DNA of 64,000 nucleotides, from the NCBI GenBank assembly GCA_002269645.1, contig NIVC01002827.1, positions 73,686 through 137,685 of the forward strand. Reading direction: 5' to 3'. How positions within the stretch are numbered: the stretch's first letter is position 1; each line of letters begins with the position of its first letter. The position numbers and the translations under genes were made by a program. This DNA is from Macrostomum lignano (Eukaryota). This document shows, piece by piece, positions 38,401 to 48,264 of the stretch. Below the pieces are notes generated by a model. It was not told the DNA's origin. It searched no databases and saw nothing but the letters and a program-made list of their open reading frames with translations.

Positions 38401-40403
38401 TAATTTCGGTTTTCAACTTATTAAATCTTTGGAACAAGGAAGTAAAAACTATAAATTTACTCCCACATTCCGAGATGCACTGACATTGCAGGTGGTATGG
38501 AAAGGCTTCGATGGCAAGATTCTGATGGAAAGCGGTCGACTCTACGTTTGGACCATGGATGCTTGGTTGAAAATTCCTACTTTGGTTCACAATGCATCGG
38601 AAATACTGAATGCTTTGTTTTCGCGAGGCATGATCGAGTCAGAGGTGGACACAGCGCAAAGTGTCCAAATCATAAGTGATAATTTAGTCAACCTGATCAA
38701 GTCAGCTCCTCCATTCTTGCAGCCGTTGATCAATGTAGGCCTTGCGCTCAGTCCAGACCATTGTCAGAATCTGCAGTTCAGCCGATCAGTTATTCTAACA
38801 AATAATTTCTACACGAAGCTAGACCAGTGGAACTTGGATCTGATGCGGCATGCACAACTGGACGTGGCTACAGGTAGATTGAAATTGTTCTCAATTGGCT
38901 TCATGGATGTAATGAAACAACGCAGCACAGGAGACGTCACATTTTGCGTCATTCTGTCACTTTCTGGCGAACGGGAACCTTACGAGGTTCGCCGAAGAGT
39001 TGGACGCTTGTCTCTTCCGAGCACAAGACAGTCTGGAACACCACTTGTAGTTCGCGGTGCAAAATGCAGTCTTGTTGGTAAGAAAAGAAGAAGTGTAACT
39101 CTTCGATCAGGAATGGTTCGCTCTCATTTAGCTTGTCCGATTGTGTGCAACTCGGCGATCGGGAGTCGTCAATTCGAGTTTTACCACAAAAATCAGTCTC
39201 TGATTGCTGAATTGTCAACAGGTTACCCTACTAAGCAATGGACAACGCTTAACAATGGAATAAAGATCGCGACTGGAGGTCACGTGATCGAACTGCCGAA
39301 GAAACTGTCGCAGAAAAGTCACGGTGGTGACTACATGTGCAGAGCAGGAGGAGTGTCTGCACATATACAAGTTCATGTAGTTGTTCCACCACAGGGACTG
39401 AGGTACCCTCCAGATCGAGTTTTGGTAGCTGAGGGTGACAGCATAAACCTGACTTGCGAGACTGAAGTGTCGGAACAAGCAGACACGCGAATAAGTGTCA
39501 ATTATAAAACTAAAACTCAAAGAAACCCACAGTTTTCGTCGATTCTTACTAAAAAGACTGTATACTTACCTCCGACTGAAAATAATTTGAATCGTTTCTA
39601 CGGAATAAATACTTCAGCTTCCTTTGAAGACGCAAATACTTTTGTATGTACAGTGCAATCTATACAAGACGGTGAGCCCGAACTGCCGATGTACTGGATG
39701 CGTGCTCGCTCCCACATCGTTTTAGTTCCCGAAATTCTCCCAGCAGCCCATATCACTGCTAGCAGTGCGAGTCACTGCTCATGGAAACATCTGTGCCTGA
39801 TTTACAGTCGCATTGACTGGAAGTTTTCTTTCGAGCGACGGTTCCTTGTGTCTGTAACATCTTCTGGAGCTCGCTTTACTGGACATTTCAGTCTAAACGG
39901 ACTCGCGCTCACACGAGCATTCCTGATCGAACGCGGTTGGCAAGACGCATTGAGCATCGAGTATGACAATAAAAATGGTCAACTCATTCTTAGCGTAAAC
40001 GTTGCCGCCACGAAGAGTACGCCAAATTTATTGAACCTTTTTAAAGAACAAGCGTCAAAGAAATCGGGTTCACTCACCGCGGTGTTTAACTATCACTACC
40101 CTGACATTGAAGTCCTCGACCATATAGAACTGGTAAGATACTCTCGGAAAGTGGAGTACAACGGTAGCGACACAATCTGTGCTGAAGATCCGACTTGTTT
40201 CTACTCTACTGCATTCGAAGACCAGCTGATTAACTCAGATAGGTCAGAGAGCCTTAAGAAGATGATGGTGAACTTTGATTTGATCGCTGAAAGCGTCGAT
40301 CCGGCAAGTTTCTATCGTCGACTGGCTCTGCTGCTGTCTGCTTTAGTACTCGGTTGTGGCGCTTTGATAGCGCTTGGATTCTGGCTCCGCCGGCGTTCGA
40401 GAC
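32981..40403. repeat. Large inverted duplication, arms about 32981-34897 and 38487-40403
   Basis: Line-by-line comparison of the arms gave about 34 nucleotide differences in about 1.9 kb (roughly 98% identity). Identity ends abruptly at CGTTCGAGAC just after the TM segment and at TGCAGGTGGTATGG on the N-terminal side. Confidence 0.95.
36730..37222 (+). mobile_element. 5'-truncated RTE-like LINE
   Basis: Encodes the end of a non-LTR RT (AVVETVLLYNAEW...ILRQRRLKLAGHVIR), has a (GTT)n tail, and a 14-bp TSD GTATATTATACATT at 36716-36729 and 37223-37236. Confidence 0.85.
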
Positions 40404-40552
40404 ATCAAAGTGTCGTGTCTACAAGGCCGCAATGCCGCTGGGAAACTGAGCCCGGAAACAATTTCGAACGGCAAGACGCTTACGATGTCGTACTTTTTGT
40501 TGATAAGCCAGAGCCGACTGCTGTTATTAGAAATGATTTTTGTCGTAAATAG
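38048..40552 (+). CDS. Type-I membrane protein with two Ig-like domains (paralog B)
   Basis: The 813-codon ORF at 38111 extends upstream in frame to acceptor CGCGCAG|GTT (38048; VAATVFYLPHTSAQ). Same Ig-Ig-TM layout as paralog A, tail with DAYDVV. Confidence 0.8.
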   Translation, partial: VAATVFYLPHTSAQRNGDNRYLLLWGDTWFASAPKLAQLAILSAESSGHILNIKTDLRFGMTSENATKYCFLKYKCNISDSDTDFSEVSLHRNLNEQKKKLCFRGAIAFEIESTSGFDNFGFQLIKSLEQGSKNYKFTPTFRDALTLQVVWKGFDGKILMESGRLYVWTMDAWLKIPTLVHNASEILNALFSRGMIESEVDTAQSVQIISDNLVNLIKSAPPFLQPLINVGLALSPDHCQNLQFSRSVILTNNFYTKLDQWNLDLMRHAQLDVATGRLKLFSIGFMDVMKQRSTGDVTFCVILSLSGEREPYEVRRRVGRLSLPSTRQSGTPLVVRGAKCSLVGKKRRSVTLRSGMVRSHLACPIVCNSAIGSRQFEFYHKNQSLIAELSTGYPTKQWTTLNNGIKIATGGHVIELPKKLSQKSHGGDYMCRAGGVSAHIQVHVVVPPQGLRYPPDRVLVAEGDSINLTCETEVSEQADTRISVNYKTKTQRNPQFSSILTKKTVYLPPTENNLNRFYGINTSASFEDANTFVCTVQSIQDGEPELPMYWMRARSHIVLVPEILPAAHITASSASHCSWKHLCLIYSRIDWKFSFERRFLVSVTSSGARFTGHFSLNGLALTRAFLIERGWQDALSIEYDNKNGQLILSVNVAATKSTPNLLNLFKEQASKKSGSLTAVFNYHYPDIEVLDHIELVRYSRKVEYNGSDTICAEDPTCFYSTAFEDQLINSDRSESLKKMMVNFDLIAESVDPASFYRRLALLLSALVLGCGALIALGFWLRRRSRHQSVVSTRPQCRWETEPGNNFERQDAYDVVLFVDKPEPTAVIRNDFCRK

Positions 40553-41188
40553 AAAAGTGGAGGATTTCTACATTGCATATTTTTTATGAACTTTACTACT
40601 GTTTACAGAACAGAAGAAGCGCAACTCATATCCAGTAATAATTATTAGTAATAATGCTAATTTTTTTAAATTCTCTATTCATTTTTTTAGTTTTGCATGT
40701 TGCTTTAGTCCGCCTTATTCTGTCCGATTGTATGTCGAAAAACACGACTGGATTTATTAGTACTTGCATCAGGTACAAATGTAAATACCATGCTACGAGC
40801 TACATTTTCATTCAAGGGATTTGCTGATTTTAGCTCGAGTTTCAGTCCCAGTCATAGTGATTTATTTTATTGCTTTCTTTTTTCGTTTCGGTTTTGTTAA
40901 CAAAAACAATATACGCTATTATGCGCTATTCAAGCTATTCAAGTATTCAAGGTATGCGCTAAAATAAACTTACATGCACGAATTCATTACCCATTCCATG
41001 GACCACTCATTATTGTCAGTCTCTCCAGTTGGATTCTCAGAGCAAAATCGCAAACACACACTGTACCTGCTCTAAATGCTTTTCAGTTAATGATCAGTTT
41101 TAGTGATAAAAGTGGGCTAACAAGAATGAAAATAGCATCCTGCAGTTTCGATAGTTATTGAATCATAAAGTTGTATATGTGCATCACC

Positions 41189-41667
41189 CTGCTCTGCGCA
41201 GGGCCCTGCTTGAACTCAACCGTAGGGTCACCAGGGCGGTGAGTCGTGACCATGGCCCTTCGGGTCATGGCTGTTTTTTCAGGCATCGTCACCTCCAACT
41301 CCAGGGAAAAATCCGCAACGAGGAATGCCTTTTCTGTCTCTACGGTGTCGAGAATGCTGAGCACTTCATCTGTGAATACCCCGCCTTTACCCAGGACAGG
41401 CTCAACCACTTCTGCTCAAAACCGGACCTCTCTAAAGTTTTCAGGCCCGAGAACCTCTGCCAGCTCATCCGCTACCTAAGGGCCATCGGGCGAGCGACCA
41501 TCCACCTCCTGGACTCTCTGGAGGGGAACCGCGCTGCGGACAACGGCACCACCGAATTTCCTAACTACCATTAGCTTCCAGTGGTAGCCAGGGGTTAGCA
41601 AAATGGGCGGCAACGCCTCCTAGCTGCATCCGGATGCACGGAGCCCCCGTGCAGCTAAGTAAAGTAA
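41189..41667 (+). mobile_element. 5'-truncated non-LTR retrotransposon (I/R1-like C-terminal CCHC region)
   Basis: GHG...HL...[19 protein letters not shown] zinc-knuckle remnant, (AAGT)-like tail, 10-bp TSD GTGCATCACC at 41179-41188 and 41668-41677. Confidence 0.8.
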
Positions 41668-43949
41668 GTGCATCACCTTGTTGTGTACAAATCAAGAATT
41701 TAGTTTTTGCCCTTTGTTTACTTAAGTACGGCCGTAAGTTACGGACGATAAAGAATGAAGAGGAAGCCAGGACCATGAGTCTTAGAATCTGGGTTTAGGG
41801 TTAAGTCAGCTTCAGTATTCAAATCAAAAAGGTCAGCTTGGAAAAAAGTATTCGACTGGCTCTGAAGCTGGCCGTGCAATTCGCGCCCATCATGAGGTAT
41901 TCCACTCGTAAATAGCTCGTATATAAACATCCACAAATATTATTGCAAATCATTGCTTGATTTGCTTAACATTTGATAAATTGAATTATAACTACATTGC
42001 TGGATATTGACGTCGTACGTCGGCTATGTACAGGTACATAGTTATCAGGGACATTGATAAACGCCGGGGAGCGCGTCGGATTGCTGTATGGGTCTAGAGG
42101 TGCTGGCCTTGGCGATATGCGCATCGTCTTTCTGTCTCCAAGAGCTTGAAACCTGAATGCAGAGATGATTAGATCCCGACTGGAAATGGTGTTCCATTAA
42201 AAAAAAGCGGCAAAATGAGTAAAAACCTAAATTTATTAACCATTTCATCTTTTGTCGCTTCATCCGCTGTTTCAAGGATGCTTAGTGCAGGCGCAAGCAG
42301 ATCGCTTCGACGAAACCGCTTCTCTCGTATGACAGTACGTGCGTAACATGTTTACAGTGACGTCTGTTGTATCAAATTCTTGTGCTATGACAACAACATC
42401 CCAATTCTTTTCACCATACTACTTGGATCAGCACTTGCAGTTAAGGGTACTAGTTTTCCCAACTGCTCCAGTGTCCCGAAAACATTGGTTCCCAACCCAG
42501 GATGTAGTGCGTTTCATCAACTTTAATAACTTCTTTGTCCCGAACAGAATAACAACATGTATTTCCTATTGGCTCTTCTAAGCTGTGAATAGAACAATAT
42601 TTAAGCATTCATAAGCGCGGACTACTTTAGTAAAAATAAACGACAAATAAGTAGTCCGTCAAATTGAAGACAAAGCTGACACTGGAAAATTATGTTTTAT
42701 GCTTTTTTCGATGAATTGGTTCTGAATGCATGAATGCATGCACCTACCTACATGTACGTGATCATAGTTGTAGAAGCGATTCCAAGATTCTAGAAAGTAC
42801 CCTAGCTAATGTTTAAAGTTCAAACTTTTACAATAATTTCGGTCCAAAGAAGCACGGAAGTACCTTTGGGTACCCATGGAGACCAACCAGAGCAATATAT
42901 GAAACCGCAAACGTGCGAGCTGACACAGACTGCTGCATTTTTGATAGGCCAATACCAATGGAAGGCGCCTAGACGTTTACAAAATGGCACTGCATGTGCA
43001 TGCACATGTTGCATGTATTATATGTTGTAGGATATAAAATAAACATATGGAATGCTTATTTTCTGAGCGAAAAGCCGTAAATTTCAATAGAGCTATAAGA
43101 GAGGGAAGACATATCTAATGGAAATTGTGTCTGCCTCCAACAAGAGGTGTGCTGGAAAAATGAAACCCTATTTCCATCTATGTATATTTCCTTATTTTAC
43201 AGGTTTTTTCCTAACTATAAAACCTGTCTCCTAAAATTTTGCAAGAAACCTACGTAGTTTCCCGTCCTCAATCCTGTACTTGCAGAGTAGTTCTTGAAAC
43301 TACATAGACGCACGAAATGTAAACGGATAATTGCTGTATTGTAAGGTTAAGTTAAAGATTATAAGTTGTAGGGGGGGGGGGCACCACAAAAGCCATGATG
43401 CTGTCCGCTGTGCGTAAAGTGTGATTATCCTGGGACGACTACCGATTCATAGCCTTCTATCTCCGCAGTTGCATCCTTGGTACCTTTTGGGCTATTTGGA
43501 GGGTGTATTTTATGCCTAAAAGCGCGTAATAATACGCGTAGCAACCATGGGTTGTAAATTAGATAGCTCGAGTTGGACTTGAAAAACAGTCACCAATTAT
43601 CGGCTTCAGTGTGCAATTTCGGCGGTCAGATCTTGACTCAGAAAGGATACATGTAGAGGGATTACTGTAGCGAGCAACTCCGGCTATTGTTTGCGAGTGT
43701 TGGTTAGAGAAGTAGAAGGTGGCTGTGCCTGTGTATTTATTGTATGACAGAATAGATTTCCGCTTTCATTGAGTGCGCGTGAGGATGTGCTCTAGTAAGG
43801 GAGTGGATAGGCTGGGCCAGTTCGTCACAGAGTGCGAACTGGCTTTCCCCGAACTGCCTCTCCCTCGTCTGGTAGATTGAAACCTGGGGTGCGGGTTTGG
43901 CTCATGTTACGCGTGATCAAGGAATCAAAGTGTCAGTCTGAGTCAATAG

Positions 43950-46900
43950 TCAGTCATTGCTGCTGTCCCGTCTGATGTCCGGAGCCTTTCGCCAGTCGCC
44001 CTCTTCGTAGCGTTTCGGCGTCTCTTTAGCTTGTCGGGGGTGCGGCCTGTTGGCGAGCGGGACGTCCTGGTCGGCGGTTGGCTCGTATGGGCCGGTTGGT
44101 TCGTCCGGCTGGCTGTCCTGTCCGCTGTCTCGTTCCTCGTGGCCGTCTGGCCAATCGTCGGCTACCTGGGAGGCTCGCTTGACGTGGGTGGCGTGCCTGG
44201 AGCACCTTTGGCCGGCCCGCTGGAGCTGCAGGGTGTTGCCGCAGACTTTTGCCACGGTCCACGGCGAGGCCTCGAAGAAGGGGTTGGTCTTTCTGCGGTT
44301 GGTGAGCCGGCGGAAGACGAGGTCACCCTCGGTGATTTCGTGGTCGGTGGCGCCCCTCTTGCTGTCTGCGAATGCCTTCATCCGCTCCTTTGCCCTGGAG
44401 TCGTGGCCGCGGACGGTCTGTCGCCTGGCGTCAACCGGTCGGGAGTAGTGCAGGCTGGGGGATCGTGTCGTTGAGCTGTCGGCCGAACAGCAGGTCGGCT
44501 GGGGCCATGCCGGTTGTTGCGTGCGGTGTTCGACGGTAGGCCGCCAGGTAGTCGTCCATTGCCGTCTGCCAGTCGCTGCTCTCCAGGATCGCCGCTCTGA
44601 TTGCCTTATTGAGGCCCCGGTTGCATCGCTCCACGAGTCCGTTGGCTTAAGGGTGCAGCGGTGTAGTCCGATGGTGGTGGATGCCCTGACTGCTCAAGAA
44701 GGCGTTGAACTCAGCAGACGAGAATGGCGGGCCGTTGTCGGTGGTCATCTTGACTGGTTGGCCAAACGTGCTGAACTACTGGCAGAGGGTTCGGATGACC
44801 GGGACTGCTGCTGTCGACCCCGCCATTGTCTGTATCAGTGGAAAACGTGAAAAAGTCGGTGCACACCAGCAGCATGTGGCCTCTGATCGGTTCCAAGAAC
44901 TCCAAGCCCAACTCTCGCCAGGGCCCCTGCGGCAACTCAGTAGGCTGGATTGGTGCTGCCTTCAGCTCAGCTATGTTCGTGCAGGCCTTGCAGCTGAGAC
45001 AGGAGTTTACAAAATTCTCGACGGAGGCCTGCATAGAAGGCCACCAGACCTTTGTCTGCAGGCGTGCCAAGGATTTTTGGACACCCAGGTGGCCTTGGTG
45101 CTCCAGATGCAGGCAGCGGTAGCGCAGAATGTCGGGAACGACGATTTGGTGCCCTTTGAGCAGGAGTCCGTCGTGCTGTGAGAGCTCGTACCGCAGGCTG
45201 TGTAGGCTGCGCGTGTCGTGGCTTTCGAGTTGCCACCGCTGGGACTGGGCCCGGATACGGCGGCTTGGATCGCCCTGGCGCCTCCGGAGGCCGCCTTGAT
45301 CGTGTCGGGGCTGATGCTGTTCGGTGCCGCTGCCTAAGCCGTCATTGCGCTGTAGGCCGTGTCGAGATCTTCGCCCTCGTTGTTCGGCGGTGTTGGACGT
45401 GGCTGGCGGCTCAGGACATCCGCCGGGTTGTCTGCCCCTGGTGGGTAGGTGACTTTGAAGTGGAGCTCCTGCAGCTGAAGTGCCATGCGCTCGATCTGCG
45501 GCGGGGGCCGAGAACCAGGGCTGAGCAGGCTGACTAGCGGCTTGTGGTCGGTGAAAACCTTGAACTTTGGGCAGCCGCTAAGGTAGTGGTGGGATTTGAG
45601 GCAGCCGAATTTGATGGCCAGCGCCTCCCTCTCTGTCTGCGAGTAGCGCTGCTCTGTGTCACTGGCGTAGGCTGGCGTAGGTGATTGGCTTGGTGACACC
45701 GCTCGGTTGCATCTAGGCGAGGATCGGCCCGAGGCCGGTCGGCTGGCCTGGTCTCGCAGTTTTTGTTGAAGAAGGCAAGCGTGGTGCTGTGTGCGATCGA
45801 CTGCATGATGGAATGGAAGGCAGAGGCTTGCTGTGGGCCCCAAGACCACTGCACGTTCTCCTTGGTCAGCTCTCGAAGGGGCCTCGCTTTGTCGGCGAGA
45901 TTTGGGATGAAGCGGACTACGAATGTGACGAGTCCGCGAGGAAGGACCGCACCTCCGTTGCATTTTCTGGTCGCTTGAAGTTGGCCACAGCCTCCAGCTT
46001 TTCCTCGGTCGGTTAGATTCCGGCCGCCGAGAGGCGCATGGCCAGGAAGTCGGCCTGCTGGGTCGCAATGCGGCATTTGCGGGGGTTCAGAGTCACGTTG
46101 TGTTGGCGCAGCCTGTCAAGGCAGTTGCGCAGCCGCTCGTTGTGCTCTCAGCTTAGGGTGCTGGCAAAGATGATTGACGTGACGCGAAAGCCAGGAGCTG
46201 ATTGTTGTTTAATAACGAATGTGAATGCTTGCGATATATTTGTAGGATAGCCAAAGTTACTTGACGAGCTAAAGACCGAGAGCAATAGCTTAAATATTGT
46301 AAATATTAAATTTCACTGATGCACTGGCTAAATGAGTGGGGAGAGTACAAAATGGTAGAGACTTAAGGGGCAGATCGCAAGCTGCAACCAAAGTGACCAA
46401 GCGAAGTTAAGCAGACAAACCCCGCAAAGTTACCATTACCAATCAACCGTCACTTCAATGATGATGTCGTCATGGACCCACCGCACGCCCCTCAAACCGC
46501 TCAGGATGGAAGTCATGACGCGCTGTAGGATTTTTGATGCTGAAGTAAATCCCATGCAAAGACGCTTGAGGCGAAGCAGGCCCAGAGGTGTTGAGAAGGT
46601 GAGGAGGTGACGTGACTTCTCGCTGACCTCGATCTGGTGGAAGGCCTTGGCAACGTCCTGTTCGGAAAAGTAGGTGGAGCCGGCCATCTCATCTGTGACT
46701 TCCTCAAATGTCGGTATTGGCTGCTTTTCTGGAACGACGTACTTATTGACGTCCCTCAGGTCCTGTGTGATGCGGATCTCACCTGGCGAGGCCTTCGGGC
46801 AGATCAACATACGTGAACTCCAGGCACTGGGCCCCGTCACTCGCTCCAGGATGCTGGCTGCTAGCTGGTCTTTCAGCTTTTTTCCACTGCGGTTCGAAGA

Positions 46901-48264
46901 TGCACCTTGACTAGGGACGGAGGGTGGCAGACTGGCACCGCTTCTTCTTTCAGCTGGATGCTGACTGAGACGCCCTTGATGCAGCCAATTCCTTGAAACC
47001 TGTCGCTGAACTCCTTCATGATTTATGAATCTTGCGGAAGGTGCAGGTCGTTGACTGTTGGTGTCAGTCCGGCGGTGAGAGCTGTCTCAGCCTGCGGTCC
47101 GACCCTCAGCATCCCCATCTGCGTGCTTGTCCCGCGGCATAGATGGTGATGCAGTCCTCTCTGATGACGATGAAGCGCACTCACTCCGAGTTCCCGTTGA
47201 TCTTCGTGTGCAGAGTGATCTGGCCAGCGGGTGTCAGGGGTCTCGCTGCTCCAAGAGGATAGACCCTTGTGTGTATGGGCTGCAGCGCCAGCTCGGGTGC
47301 TCCCGTTAGACGAAGTGTCCGCTGGCTGAGCACGTTGCAGCTCGCGCCGCTGTCGATCAGGACGGGTCGTTCGAGCCGTTGATGACCGCTTTGAAGGTGG
47401 CGCTTCTGCGGCTGGGGTTCGAGGCTGGAGAATGCGCCACTGCCGGTTCCTCTGGTTTAGGCTCTGTCATGTTGATGCGTGCGCGGCCGCTTAGGCAGGC
47501 CTTCGCCAGGTGGTGCAGCTTGCCGCAGTTGCTGCCGCGCTTGCCTTGGGCCCGGTTGCAAGTGCGGTGGCCGGGCTCTCCGCACCTCAGGCATTTGTCG
47601 GCCGGGCTTGCTGGCGGGCGCCTTGCGGGGCGCTTGTCGCGAGCCGCATGCACTTCTTCACCTGGTCCGGCTGCTGGGCGCTCCATGGCCGCCTGCTGGC
47701 TGGCTGCTTCGTTTGTTCTCGCCAGCTGGGGGCCTCTGGGAGGCTGATGTTGGGCACGTTCCTGAGCAGCCGCTTTCGGAGGGAGTCGCTACGGCAGCAG
47801 GCGACGATCTGGTCGCGGATGAGAAACAGCTGGCGCAGCTCTCCGAACTAGCAGGCCCCAGCCGCGTTGCACAGTCGGATGTACCACCTGTTGATGGCTT
47901 CCCCGTCCACTGAGCTGCGTGCACTGGCGGAATTGGTACCGGGTGAACACGACGTTGTCGCGTCCTTGAAAGTGCTGAGTTAGCGCCGCTATGAGTGAGT
48001 CGAGCGTTTGCTGCTCCGGCCTGTCAGTTGCTGGCCGTGTCGCTGAGATCTCTTTAAAATGTCCGAGACCTCTTTTCCCGCAGTGTACAGGAGAATTTCC
48101 TGCTTCTGGGCGTCGTCAGACACTCCTGATGCTGCAGGAATCGCTTTAGTGTGGTCGCCCACTCTTTCCAGCGCTTGCTGACGGTGTGAGAGTCCGCGCT
48201 GACGCTGAATGCGGATTGCGGCTGTAGCTGTAGTAGCGCCATTTGGTTCTGGTTTGCGATGCCA
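43950..48264 (-). mobile_element. Degenerate Ty3/Gypsy (Mag-like) LTR retrotransposon, internal region
   Basis: Order on minus: gag (ATG 48242, SKRWKEW; CCHC CLRCGEPGH), protease (VLIDSGASCNVL about 47350), RT (QDLRDVNK...HDDII), RNase H (YSQTEREALAIKFG...FTDHKPL), integrase (GPWRELGL...ERCNRGL...YRRTPHATTG). Many frameshifts and stops. Candidate PBS TGGCATCGC at 48264-48256. LTRs not resolved. Confidence 0.92.
46175..46457. mobile_element. Solo LTR inserted in the Gypsy RT
   Basis: 283-bp AT-rich insert with termini TGACGTGACG...CGTCACTTCA and a 5-bp TSD ATGAT (46170-46174, 46458-46462). Removing it restores HDDIIIFASTL. Confidence 0.85.

Noticed and set aside
33864-39520. Short antisense ORFs duplicated on both sides (101, 89 and 60 aa pairs)
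   Set aside because: Shadow ORFs of the inverted Ig-gene arms; they only reflect the duplication.
32981-40403. Positive selection in the homogenised core of the Ig pair
   Set aside because: A manual count of about 21 nonsynonymous versus 11 synonymous codon differences implies dN/dS below 1 (roughly 0.7). Local clusters such as NSLF/NPQF need a formal test.
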